Shown piece after piece: positions 1 to 9,817 of a DNA stretch of 32,000 nucleotides (positions are counted from its first letter, which is position 1; the number at the start of each line of letters is the position of its first letter). The notes beneath the pieces were generated by a model. It ran no database searches and was not told the origin of the DNA. It saw nothing but the letters and a program-made list of their open reading frames with translations. Source of the stretch: Tannockella kyphosi (GTDB lineage: Bacteria > Bacillota_I > Bacilli_A > Erysipelotrichales > Coprobacillaceae); NCBI RefSeq assembly GCF_021054785.1, contig NZ_CP088239.1, forward strand, positions 120,001 to 152,000, written 5' to 3'. The translations under genes and the position numbers were made by a program.

Positions 1-651
1 ACCCTTTCAAAGTATATTGCAGAAAATCAAAGAGATGAAGAAATAATAACTTATGTAAAAACAATTGATGAAGATAGCTCAATTAGTGTGATTAAATCTT
101 TAGATCCTTTTGAAGGATATGAACGTGTTGTTGTTGAAACAGGTCCTTGGGAACCTTCATTATATACTATTATTTGTGAAAGTGTTGTTGATGTACCAGA
201 AGTAACTGAAATTCTAAATGAAGCAGGTTTTAATGCATATAGTAGTTGGAGTGAAGTAAGTAGTTTGTATGATATGGAAGAGAACAATAATTCGATAGTA
301 AGTATTTTCTTGGCTATTTGTGCAGTTGTTATCCTTATTGTAAATATTGGAATTAAGGCAAATAATCGAAAAGATGAAAAAAGTTATAGTCAGTTTTTAT
401 TTGATCAATTATATTCAAAGCAAGAAATAAGGATGATAAAGATACGAAAACACATGTATTTCTTTTTTTGCAGAACAATTCAAGCAATTATTTCTATCTC
501 GTGTTTTATTACATTCCTTAGTTATACTACCTACTTGCCTATAGAAATAAATAAAATAACGGTTCTAATGATAGTAACGATTTTATTTGTTTTAGAGGTT
601 GTAGTCCCATTAATCGTAGAAGGGAAGATAAAAAATGATAAAGTTAACTAA
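1..651 (+). CDS. C-terminal part of a MacB/FtsX-type fused ABC ATPase-permease (5' end upstream of window)
   Basis: Frame 1 is open from base 1, so the listed ORF 88..651 is only the tail of a longer gene. The tail has an extracytoplasmic segment followed by three hydrophobic helices (SIVSIFLAICAVVILIV, IQAIISISCFITFLSY, VLMIVTILFVLEVVVPLIV). This is the same layout as the C-terminus of the 689-aa protein at 3960..6029. It overlaps the next ABC gene by 17 nt. Confidence 0.7.
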   Translation, partial: TLSKYIAENQRDEEIITYVKTIDEDSSISVIKSLDPFEGYERVVVETGPWEPSLYTIICESVVDVPEVTEILNEAGFNAYSSWSEVSSLYDMEENNNSIVSIFLAICAVVILIVNIGIKANNRKDEKSYSQFLFDQLYSKQEIRMIKIRKHMYFFFCRTIQAIISISCFITFLSYTTYLPIEINKITVLMIVTILFVLEVVVPLIVEGKIKNDKVN

Positions 652-2422
652 TATTCATATAGAGTTTGATAAAGTATTACTAGATAATGAAAACTTAGAA
701 ATATATGATCATGAAATAACCCTACTTTATGGAAAAAGTGGTTCAGGTAAAACAACATTGTTGTATCGTGTTGGATTACTATCATCCAATGAGCAAGAGT
801 ATATATATAAGGATATTGATATAACTCATTTTAGTGACAAACAAAAAAGTAATCTAAGACAAATGAATATAGGATATGTTATACAAGAGAGTAGTCTGTT
901 TGAACAATATGATGTGCTTGGTAATATGAAACTGTGTGCTAGTTTTACAGGTAAATCATACACAAAAGAAGAATATCAAAAAATCCTAGATAAATTACGC
1001 TTGGAAATTGAGTTTGAACAACCTATACAAACTTTATCTGGGGGAGAAAAACAACGATTAGCTATTGCATGTGCATTATGCAAAGATGTGGAAATTTTAA
1101 TATTAGATGAACCAACGAGTGCTTTAGACAGTTATAATGCACAAATAATCTTCGAAATACTAGAGGAATTAAAAAAAGAAAAAACGATTCTATTAGTAAG
1201 TCATGATGATCGTGCTAAAGAATATTCTGATCGCATTTATAATCTGGAAGATAAACACTTGTATTTAGAAAAGGAAACTAGTGCAAAAAGTGAAATGAGA
1301 TTAACAAAACTTAAGTATACGTATGCCTTTACTTTTTATAAAAAATATATCAGTTATTTTTTTAATGCATATAAGGGATTTAGTTTATTTATGACATGTT
1401 TATTTTTTCTATCTTCTTTTTTAGTATGTAGTTCATTGCTTTATATTGATGAGTTGACAAATGAGAATATACAACTTATCAAGGATACATCCATCAATCA
1501 ATTGTTTGTGCAAGTAGATAATGAGACGCTAGATTACCTAGAAAATAGTGATTACGTAGAAAGAATCTATCCTTATACAGAGATGAAAGTAGGCGTAGAC
1601 GGAACATATTATGATGTATATCCTTATTATAATCAAGATAGTGTTATTGATTCCTTAGAAGTAAAGCTAAATAATGAAGGGGATACTTATACTAGCAGTG
1701 AGGTGTACAAAAGTATCTTTAATTCAACTCAATCTACTAGTGAGGTAATGACCTTTGATTTTGTTGTACAAGTGGATGATGAATTTGTTGAGTTTGAATA
1801 CGACATAGAAGTAGGAGGTTTTTTAAAAGAAAGTACAAACAGTTATTATGGGAGTGATGACTTCCTTTATGTATCAGAGGAGCTTTTTCAAGAGTTAATG
1901 GATTTGAGTGGAGTACAAACATATGAATACTATACTGTATTTACTACGGACTATGATGCATTAATTTTCACTATTCATATTTTTGAGGAAAATAATTTGT
2001 ATGTGGAAAGCGGGTTTAATAATATTGAATTGATAGACTACGTTATAAAAGAAATGAATACATTATGTATGCAGTTATTAATTATCATATTTGTAGTATC
2101 AGCATTTTTTATAACTATTTTACAAGTAAACTATTTTTATAAACGAAATATTGAATTTTCTTTATTAAAGATAAATGGATTAAATAATAGGAATATACTA
2201 CTGTTAGTATTCTATGAGTTATGTAGTAAAGCTATTATTTCATCACTTCTTTCTATTCCTTTATTTATTGTAATAAATGTTATTATAGGACAAGGAGTTT
2301 CCAAGTTTTTCTATTTTATATTTATTAACATTATATTTATGATATTTATTATAACAAGTAGTATGTTTTTTAATTATTTATATATTAAGAAGTTGAATTT
2401 ACAAGAAATATTGCGAACATAA
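635..2422 (+). CDS. MacB/FtsX-type ABC transporter, fused ATP-binding and permease protein (595 aa)
   Basis: N-terminal NBD motifs: Walker A GKSGSGKTT, signature LSGGEKQR, Walker B ILILDEPTSALD, H-loop LLVSHD. These are followed by TM1, a ~230-aa extracytoplasmic domain and a C-terminal FtsX-like 3-TM bundle (LLKINGLNNRNI...). The ATG overlaps the upstream gene by 17 nt. Confidence 0.85.
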   Translation: MIKLTNIHIEFDKVLLDNENLEIYDHEITLLYGKSGSGKTTLLYRVGLLSSNEQEYIYKDIDITHFSDKQKSNLRQMNIGYVIQESSLFEQYDVLGNMKLCASFTGKSYTKEEYQKILDKLRLEIEFEQPIQTLSGGEKQRLAIACALCKDVEILILDEPTSALDSYNAQIIFEILEELKKEKTILLVSHDDRAKEYSDRIYNLEDKHLYLEKETSAKSEMRLTKLKYTYAFTFYKKYISYFFNAYKGFSLFMTCLFFLSSFLVCSSLLYIDELTNENIQLIKDTSINQLFVQVDNETLDYLENSDYVERIYPYTEMKVGVDGTYYDVYPYYNQDSVIDSLEVKLNNEGDTYTSSEVYKSIFNSTQSTSEVMTFDFVVQVDDEFVEFEYDIEVGGFLKESTNSYYGSDDFLYVSEELFQELMDLSGVQTYEYYTVFTTDYDALIFTIHIFEENNLYVESGFNNIELIDYVIKEMNTLCMQLLIIIFVVSAFFITILQVNYFYKRNIEFSLLKINGLNNRNILLLVFYELCSKAIISSLLSIPLFIVINVIIGQGVSKFFYFIFINIIFMIFIITSSMFFNYLYIKKLNLQEILRT

Positions 2423-2467
2423 GAAATGTTTTATAAGATTTTTAGAAACTAGAAATATATTGATTTA

Positions 2468-2971
2468 TTGGATAAGATTAGTGATTATTTAAAAATTATA
2501 ATCAGAAAAATGTTATTGACCTATAAATACGTTGCAATAGCTTCTTCTAATGATAATATGGAAGATACGTTAGATTATTTATACTTACTGTCTAGTGATG
2601 AAACACTAGTATCTCTCTTACTAGCAATGTATGATGATGGTACTTTAGGTGACTATGGATTAGGTAATAGTTACTTAATAGAAGAGGATATTAATAATCT
2701 TTTAACAACACCATATCCAGAGAACTTTAGTGTAGAAAGTCATAGTGAGTATTTAGAAACCTTTGAATTATCAACAATATTTAATCAAACAATTTGTTAT
2801 GATGAATATCTAGATGAATTACTCCCATATTTACCATACCATTATTTTCTGATACCAGGTTCTTATGAATCTTCAAGTGGTGATTGGATAGATGTTGATA
2901 AATATAATAACTATATGGATATTGATTTATTGTATGAGATTAGAGATTATTTAAATCTTTGTATCGACTAA
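2468..2971 (+). CDS. hypothetical acidic cytoplasmic protein (167 aa)
   Basis: Long ORF in the same orientation as the ABC genes, rich in D/E/Y/L. It uses a TTG start without a clear SD (alternative ATG at 2510). No family recognised. Confidence 0.5.
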   Translation: MDKISDYLKIIIRKMLLTYKYVAIASSNDNMEDTLDYLYLLSSDETLVSLLLAMYDDGTLGDYGLGNSYLIEEDINNLLTTPYPENFSVESHSEYLETFELSTIFNQTICYDEYLDELLPYLPYHYFLIPGSYESSSGDWIDVDKYNNYMDIDLLYEIRDYLNLCID

Positions 2972-3824
2972 AATAACAAGACTTTTTCAAATAAATATTG
3001 CTTTATTATAGGGCATTTCATTCGTGACCATCCAACTTACAAACCAAGGAAATTATTTATATTTTAAAATGAGTTTAGATGGTAATTACGAAATTACTAT
3101 TCCTGACTTTAAGTCTGAACAATTAAAAGCACAAGAATATTTTCATGAAGATGATCAAACGATCATAAAATTATTATATCAAGAAACTACAATTGCTTAG
3201 AGGTATATTTATAAAGTTAACGTGAGGTAAATTGATTAACATTATTTTCTAGTTATGAGTTGACAACTATCTTCCCTTTTTGAAATTAATACTACGAGAT
3301 TCTGTTCAGTCAAATATATAGCACAATAGTTTTAAGTGCCAAAATAGCCCTTAGGCTATTTAAAGACCAGGCTTTTCTTAAGTAAATTTGATATACCTTT
3401 TTTTAGAAGTTCTTTTCATATTTACAGGTATAATATTGATATCTATACTGATTTAAGATAAAAGGAATTATCGAAGGTGCTAATACAGGAGATTTTAAAG
3501 AGGCAGTAAGAAAAGCAGAAGATAGCAAAGCAGAGTTCAATGATGGAGAGGAAAAATATAATCTTTTGAATATTTCTTAGTAGAAGGTAACATCATTTTT
3601 GAGAACTTAGAAAAAAATCTAACATCCACTAAATAATGAATAAAAGTAACTATTTTGTTAATAAGCTATACTTATTAACTATTAGTTACGTATCAATCGT
3701 AATGGAGGAAATATGATTGATAGAATTTTAATAAAAACAGAAAAGAATCTTATAACCATATTTTCGCATTTAAAACACAAGAAGAGCTCTTTATGTCATT
3801 AAAATGCATGATAATCACAATCGG

Positions 3825-3854
3825 TTGACATCCTCATACAATTGATAGATTATA
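3825..3854 (+). promoter_or_regulatory. candidate sigma70-type promoter for the second ABC module
   Basis: TTGACA at 3825-3830, then a 17-18 nt spacer to GATTAT/ATTATA (3848-3854), about 105 nt upstream of the ATG at 3960. The -10 element is weak. Confidence 0.3.
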
Positions 3855-3959
3855 AGGTTATAAATGTAAATGCTTATCATCTTATAACACCAATATGACT
3901 AAGAATACAGTATACAACAAATGAGTGATTTTATTTTTATCTAATATGGGAGGAATACT

Positions 3960-6029
3960 ATGCTGAAAATAACGAATTTAACATTTGGTTTTGGTATGAA
4001 CTGTATATTTGATACGACTTCTTTTCAAGCAGGAGCAAACCAAATTACATTAATAAAAGGAAGTAGTGGTTGTGGAAAAAGTACATTATTAAAGATACTT
4101 AATTTAGAGTATAAAGGTATTGGAACATATTTTTATAGTGATAAACTAATAGATAAGGAAACTTTTAGTGCAAACAACCTTTATTATATTCATCAAGAAT
4201 CTATTGCCTTAGATTCTTTAACTGTGATACAACATTGGAAATTTTTAACGGAAAACTATAATTCTGCAACCAAGTTAGATGAATATATAGAAAAACTAGA
4301 ATTAGTTGATTGTTTGCATCAATATCCTAAACAGTTATCAGGTGGACAACTTCAAAGAGTTATGCTTATTAATGCGTTAATTATTGATAAACCAATCTTA
4401 TTAGTTGATGAACCTACTAGTGGATTAAATGATGAATTATCTAATGTATATTTAGATATTTTAAATGAATTTAAAAAAGATCATATTATTATTGTAACTA
4501 GCCATGATGATATTTTTGATAATGTTGATGTTGTTTATACTATTCATAATAGAAAACTAATTACAAATGATAATATCAATCCTAGTATGACAAATGAAAA
4601 GAAATCTATAAAAATAAAATGGACTAACTTATTTTTAAAAGAAAGAAAACAAAAGTTTTTAAAACCAATGTTAAGAAATTTCTTATTTTCTCTTATTATT
4701 GGTATTAGTGCTTACTTACTATTTATGGATACAGAACTATCAGAATACTTCACTGTGGGAGAGGGGAACGAAAGATATACTAGTGAATTTTTATTGTACA
4801 AAGCAGTTTCTCCAGGGGTGCTTATATATGATACTGATGGATCTAGTTTTCCTTTTACCCAAGAAGAGCTGGAACAAGTAATAAATATAGAACATCTTGA
4901 ATCATTGGAATCACAATATATATTTTCCTTAACAGATATTTTCGAAGAAGTAGAACATATCAATAATGGAGAAACTATTTTAGTCGAAGAATATGCAGGG
5001 AAAGAGTTTGAGATTTATAGCAACCAAATCTTGTGGAAGTATGAAGATGAACAGAGTTATTTAACCCCAACTATTCAAAGTATTGATTCAAGCATTGACT
5101 ACCAAGAGATTACTTACCTAAGTGATGACAGAGAAGGTTTCTATATTCATCGTAATCTTCTCAATCAGACAGGATTAAGTGATGAAGTAATAATGAATGC
5201 GAGTATTAAAATAACTGTTAATATACCAGATAGTATTCTTTATGGGGTATCTTCCATAAGTTACACTAGTGGAGAGACGGATGTGCCAACTGCATTATTA
5301 CACACCACAACCTATACGATAGATGCAAAAATAATAGGTATCATCGAAGAGTTTATGCCTAATGTTGTAACTTCATCGCAAAACACATTACTGTTATCAA
5401 CGGATATTATGGAAAAATTGATTTATACTTATAATACAGAAGAAACATATACAACTTATTTTAGTAATGTGATATGGGATTATGTGGATGATCCTATGCT
5501 AGCAACAGAATCAACAACGACAACGCCCTATTATCCTAACCTTTATTTAGTATCGGTAGAATCAAGTGAGTATATGGAAGAAGTTATTAATGAAGTACAA
5601 GAAATGGGGTATATTGCTTACTGGATGTATGGTAATAATGCAACTGTGCTATCTAATTATGAATACTTATTTGTAATGGCAAAAACAATAGGAGTCATAT
5701 TAGTTATATTTGTAACTGTGCTTTGTGCAATGCAACGATTTATCAAAAATGATAAAGAGAAAAATTTTAATAACTGGCTTTCAACAATTGGTATAAGTAA
5801 TAAAAAAGAAATCTTTCAAATAAAAGGACAAAAATATATATATGATACGATCATCATAATATTACTTTCAAGTATCGTTCTCTTTTTTATCCAACTGATA
5901 GATTATAGTACAAGCTATCACTCTATATACTATGTACTAATCGGATATGTGTTTATTGTTATCATTTCAATATTCATTGAATGGGTTATACCAATGCTAT
6001 GGGAGGTTACTTATGATAGAAATAAATAA
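3960..6029 (+). CDS. MacB/FtsX-type ABC transporter, fused ATP-binding and permease protein (689 aa)
   Basis: GGGAGG SD lies 7 nt upstream of the ATG. Motifs: Walker A GSSGCGKST, signature LSGGQLQR, Walker B LLVDEPTSGLN, H-loop IVTSHD. Then TM1 (LFSLIIGISAYLLFM), a ~300-aa extracytoplasmic domain and three C-terminal TM helices. Confidence 0.85.
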   Translation: MLKITNLTFGFGMNCIFDTTSFQAGANQITLIKGSSGCGKSTLLKILNLEYKGIGTYFYSDKLIDKETFSANNLYYIHQESIALDSLTVIQHWKFLTENYNSATKLDEYIEKLELVDCLHQYPKQLSGGQLQRVMLINALIIDKPILLVDEPTSGLNDELSNVYLDILNEFKKDHIIIVTSHDDIFDNVDVVYTIHNRKLITNDNINPSMTNEKKSIKIKWTNLFLKERKQKFLKPMLRNFLFSLIIGISAYLLFMDTELSEYFTVGEGNERYTSEFLLYKAVSPGVLIYDTDGSSFPFTQEELEQVINIEHLESLESQYIFSLTDIFEEVEHINNGETILVEEYAGKEFEIYSNQILWKYEDEQSYLTPTIQSIDSSIDYQEITYLSDDREGFYIHRNLLNQTGLSDEVIMNASIKITVNIPDSILYGVSSISYTSGETDVPTALLHTTTYTIDAKIIGIIEEFMPNVVTSSQNTLLLSTDIMEKLIYTYNTEETYTTYFSNVIWDYVDDPMLATESTTTTPYYPNLYLVSVESSEYMEEVINEVQEMGYIAYWMYGNNATVLSNYEYLFVMAKTIGVILVIFVTVLCAMQRFIKNDKEKNFNNWLSTIGISNKKEIFQIKGQKYIYDTIIIILLSSIVLFFIQLIDYSTSYHSIYYVLIGYVFIVIISIFIEWVIPMLWEVTYDRNK

Positions 6030-7737
6030 TCTAACTTTACAATATGACAAAGTATTATTAGATAAACAACGTTTAGAAATAAAAGAAAAAAGTATCACGC
6101 TTATACATGGACCAAGTGGGTGTGGTAAAACTACATTGCTCTATTATCTTGGCTTATTCTATGATTTAGAAAATGATTATATTTATCATGGAAAGAATAT
6201 AAGCAAAGAAAGTGAAGAATTTAAAGCGAATCTTAGAAAGAAGGAATTTGGTTTTTTGTTTCAAAATTATATTCTATTTGATGAATATTCCATTTATGAA
6301 AATTTTGAATACTTTGCAAGATTAACGAATAGCTCAATTAGTGAAGATAAGGCAAGAGTACTATTACAACAAGTACGGGTAGATGAAGATATTCATCGTA
6401 ACTTATATACTTTATCAGGTGGTCAAAAACAAAGAGTAGCATTAGCTTGTTTACTTATAAAAGATCCTAAGGTTTTATTGTTGGATGAACCAACAAGTGC
6501 GCTAGATAAAGAAAATAGTGTAATTATCTTAGAAATACTAGAACAATTAAAAAAAGATAAAACAATAGTTATTGTAAGCCATGATCAAATGATTAAAGAG
6601 TATAGTGATGAAATAATCTGTTTTGAAAACAAAAAATTAGTGGTACAAAAATACACAAAGAAAACAAATAGTTCTAATGAAATACCTATAAAAACAACGT
6701 TAAATAAGTCATTTTATACTTTTTATAATAAAAAGTATAAATCAAAAAAGAAGAATAATTTTAAAATAATTTGCTTTGCAATTGCCATGTTATTATTAAC
6801 TAGTGTGGGTGTATTCAATATAACGAATAGTTATATTGATTCATTAAAACAAGATAATGTTTCATCCTCTAATTTGGCACAAGTTTATATACAAGAAACT
6901 ATGGATGTAATGGATTATGATATTTATAAAAGTTATCCATATTATGAAGTATCTATTGAACTATTAGGAAATATGTATCCAGTTTTACCAATCTATCCAG
7001 AAACAAATCAAACATCATCTAATTGGATGACAATTGATTATATTCCAGAACTAGAGTTTTCAATTAGTTTTGATTTGTTTTATCTAATTGAATATGTGTA
7101 TGTTCCAACCACATCTATATCTACAAACTTATATAGTATCTCTGATTCTAGTGGCTTTAACTATGCATATACAAATATACTATTAAATGGATATCAGTAT
7201 GGCTATACTGATTCAACTTATTTTGTTACTTTGCCATATGATTATATAGAATCTAGTCTGTCAGATAACGAAAAAGGAATGACTTTATTCTTTGATGATT
7301 ATGATTCCTTAACTTTCTTTATAGAAGAAAATCAAGATAAAGTAGTAGATATATCATTTAATCAATTAGATGAGGTTATTGAAACTATTCAACTTTTTTC
7401 AACTTTAAAATATGTATTTGTTTTAATGACTTTGGTATTAGGTGAAGCTGCCTTGTTCTATTTATATAAAACATATATTAAAAATAGATATGAAGAATTA
7501 GCTTTATTGAAAGCAATAGGTTTATCAAATAAAGAAGTAAACTATTTGTTATTAGAAGAACTACAGTTACCCATTCTTATTAGTTTTATAACTATTAGTA
7601 TCGTTCAATTATTAATGAGAGATATTTATGCTGTATTATTCTTGTTTTTTATTAGTATCGGATTAGAAATAATGATTAGTTTGATATTACATTATTATGT
7701 AAAAAAAATAAATCCAGTAAAAGTTTTCAGGACATAA
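6013..7737 (+). CDS. MacB/FtsX-type ABC transporter, fused ATP-binding and permease protein (574 aa from ATG 6013)
   Basis: GGAGG at 6002-6006 precedes the ATG at 6013 (MIEINNLTLQYDKVLL, matching the N-terminus MIKLTNIHIEFDKVLL of the 635..2422 paralog). Motifs: Walker A GPSGCGKTT, signature LSGGQKQR, Walker B LLLDEPTSALD. C-terminal FtsX-like segment LLKAIGLSNKEV. 17-nt overlap with the upstream gene. Confidence 0.85.
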   Translation: MIEINNLTLQYDKVLLDKQRLEIKEKSITLIHGPSGCGKTTLLYYLGLFYDLENDYIYHGKNISKESEEFKANLRKKEFGFLFQNYILFDEYSIYENFEYFARLTNSSISEDKARVLLQQVRVDEDIHRNLYTLSGGQKQRVALACLLIKDPKVLLLDEPTSALDKENSVIILEILEQLKKDKTIVIVSHDQMIKEYSDEIICFENKKLVVQKYTKKTNSSNEIPIKTTLNKSFYTFYNKKYKSKKKNNFKIICFAIAMLLLTSVGVFNITNSYIDSLKQDNVSSSNLAQVYIQETMDVMDYDIYKSYPYYEVSIELLGNMYPVLPIYPETNQTSSNWMTIDYIPELEFSISFDLFYLIEYVYVPTTSISTNLYSISDSSGFNYAYTNILLNGYQYGYTDSTYFVTLPYDYIESSLSDNEKGMTLFFDDYDSLTFFIEENQDKVVDISFNQLDEVIETIQLFSTLKYVFVLMTLVLGEAALFYLYKTYIKNRYEELALLKAIGLSNKEVNYLLLEELQLPILISFITISIVQLLMRDIYAVLFLFFISIGLEIMISLILHYYVKKINPVKVFRT

Positions 7738-7891
7738 AAGTGTATGTTATTTTATAAAAAATTCTAAACAAGAAGTAATGTAATCATGGTAAGAGGAGGG
7801 ATAATGAATTACAATTTTGGAATCATAAGTGAATTAAGTTTGTTTATTCTATTTAAGAAAGGAATCCATAACAGGATAAAGGAAAAGAATA

Positions 7892-8299
7892 ATGAAATTA
7901 ATTGTTGGTAATAAGAGTGATTCGCACTGGGGTATTGATGGTGATTATATAAAAATATATAAACCAGTTTATCTTGGTAATAAAGAAAAAGTAAGTGAAG
8001 AGTTTTCAATTTATAGCATTCAATATATTGAAATGTATTGGAAGAAAACACAAATGACAGGGACTGTTACTGGGCAATTAGCACATATTGCATTTTTTAA
8101 ATTTGTGAGTGATACAAAAAATTATGAATTTCCTTGTAATACCGGGGTAAGTAGAAAAGAATTGTTAGAAGCAATAGAGTATTTTCAAAGAATGAATATT
8201 GAAATAAGGGATGAGTATCATTTAATAGCTGGGTTTAAAGATCCAAACATAGGAATGTGGGAGTATATTGATAAAATAACGAAAGATGATAAGAATTAA
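7892..8299 (+). CDS. hypothetical protein (135 aa)
   Basis: ORF with AAGGAAAAG upstream of the ATG. Soluble, no recognisable motif. Confidence 0.5.
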   Translation: MKLIVGNKSDSHWGIDGDYIKIYKPVYLGNKEKVSEEFSIYSIQYIEMYWKKTQMTGTVTGQLAHIAFFKFVSDTKNYEFPCNTGVSRKELLEAIEYFQRMNIEIRDEYHLIAGFKDPNIGMWEYIDKITKDDKN

Positions 8300-8367
8300 A
8301 CAATATGTATCTATTTGTTATTTAAATTAGGAAGTTTTGACTATAAATAAGATGGGAGAGATGCTAA

Positions 8368-8683
8368 GTGAAGACTTTTGGATTATCATCAAAAATATTA
8401 AAACGGGAATATAAAAGTGGTATTGTTTATGGAGCAGCATTAACAGTTTGTATTATTTCTAATTTGTTATTTATTAATATATTGGGATAAGAAATATTTC
8501 TATACACTTCTTTTACTTGATTTAGGAACAATTTTCTATATCGTTTATTTCTTAGCTCCTGTAGCCTATTCATTGCAACTGATTCTTGTTCATGTCCCAT
8601 TCTTTTTAAAGAATGAGCGTAATGATAAGATAAATAATAAACTGTTCAACTTTAATAGAAAGAAAAAGTCTAATAAAATATAA
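8368..8683 (+). pseudogene. decayed fragment paralogous to the C-terminal half of the membrane protein at 9818..10459
   Basis: The reading from GTG 8368 gives VKTFGLSSKILKREY... (compare IKTFGVDNNRYL in 9818..10459) and stops at 8488-8490. A different frame continues YIVYFLAPVAYSLQLILVHVPFFLKNERNDKINNKLFNFNRKKK, ending at TAA 8681-8683. That matches YIVYFLAPTGELAPVAISIQLILAHIPFFFTDELNDKINSKLLNFSKKRK. Confidence 0.65.
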
Positions 8684-8796
8684 GTAACTAGGTTGTTATA
8701 TTTAAAAAACATAATATTCTAAAAAGAAATGACCCTAAAGTTAGAATAAAATCTAATAAGTAAAAGTCGGTTTTTTAGTTAAGTAAAAAATATTTT

Positions 8797-8834
8797 AAAC
8801 TAGACATAGTGTGTCATGTTTGTTGTGCTATACT
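8797..8834 (+). promoter_or_regulatory. palindromic operator plus extended -10 promoter (copy A)
   Basis: AAACTAGACA-N5-TGTCATGTTT (8797-8821), followed 7 nt later by TATACT (8829-8834) with an upstream TG (TGcTATACT). The same module with identical spacing occurs at 10935-10972. Confidence 0.5.
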
Positions 8835-8851
8835 ACTCACACGGCTAACCC

Positions 8852-8882
8852 ATCCTATCACTTATTAAAAAAGTGATAGGAT
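8852..8882 (+). promoter_or_regulatory. perfect 12-bp leader hairpin (possible attenuator)
   Basis: ATCCTATCACTT (8852-8863), loop ATTAAAA, AAGTGATAGGAT (8871-8882), followed by AATCTTTTAT. It lies between the putative promoter at 8829 and the ATG at 8952. Confidence 0.4.
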
Positions 8883-8951
8883 AATCTTTTATCAACCTAA
8901 AAAGTTGAATAGAGAATGTTACATGTAGTAGATAGAAATAGGAGAAGGTTT

Positions 8952-9461
8952 ATGGATTTTACAATACAATATTATGATGTTTTTCCTACAATAATGTACA
9001 TAGTTTGGGGCATTATTTATGAATATACACAAAAGAAACAATTTGTTAAATTGTTTGGAGATTTACAGCTATTTAAAAAGAATAGTATAAAGAAAATTAT
9101 GCAGTGGATTATTTTTAGTGTTATTTTATATATTATATCTAGGATATCAATAGTCTTAACAGCTTGTATATTTGGTTCTATCTCTTATGAATTATTATTT
9201 CATAATGATGGTGAACCAGGATATTTCTTTGGTATAGGAGATGAAAAAGAGATTAGTAATGCATCAATAAAAGAACATATAACTAATATCTCTAGATTAT
9301 TTATACCATTTATACCTCTTTGGATATTATTAATTATAACAATGATCATTGTAAGGAAACAAAAAACATTTGTTGTTTTGATACTCATTGCAATGTATTT
9401 TCTATACTTTGAAAATATCAAGGAAGCTCTTTTTCGTAGTGGCTTATTTAATTTATTATAG
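8952..9461 (+). CDS. multi-pass membrane protein, unknown function (169 aa from ATG 8952)
   Basis: AGGAGAAGG lies just upstream of ATG 8952 (the listed ORF begins at 8916 without an SD). At least four hydrophobic helices. Confidence 0.6.
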   Translation: MDFTIQYYDVFPTIMYIVWGIIYEYTQKKQFVKLFGDLQLFKKNSIKKIMQWIIFSVILYIISRISIVLTACIFGSISYELLFHNDGEPGYFFGIGDEKEISNASIKEHITNISRLFIPFIPLWILLIITMIIVRKQKTFVVLILIAMYFLYFENIKEALFRSGLFNLL

Positions 9462-9817
9462 TGTTCGATACAAGAGAACAGTAAATAGTCAGGTATCCAA
9501 TTAACAAATTAAAATGTATAATGTGTCAATTATGTCTATTGTATGTCGCTAAATACATAAATATATATTTAGTTTCAGGTAAATACTATGGACTTATCAA
9601 ATGCATCGAACAAAAAGCACATACACAGTAGGGAATACAAAACAATACGGGTATAGGTATGCAAATAATGGTCTTAACTATAAAGTTTGTACACCGCAAA
9701 CAACTGTAAGTCTTCAAAAAAATAATAATTCAAAAGGTAATTGGTGGGTTACACAAAAACCGTTTTAGAGATTTGGATAGAGAAATATAATATTTTGATA
9801 ATGAAGGAGAAATTAAA

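Noticed and set aside
5947-6012. N-terminal extension of the third ABC gene (listed start 5947, MCLLLSFQYSLNGLYQCYGRLL)
   Set aside because: The extension lies inside the upstream gene, has no SD and is not shared by the paralog. ATG 6013 has a GGAGG SD and gives an N-terminus matching 635..2422.
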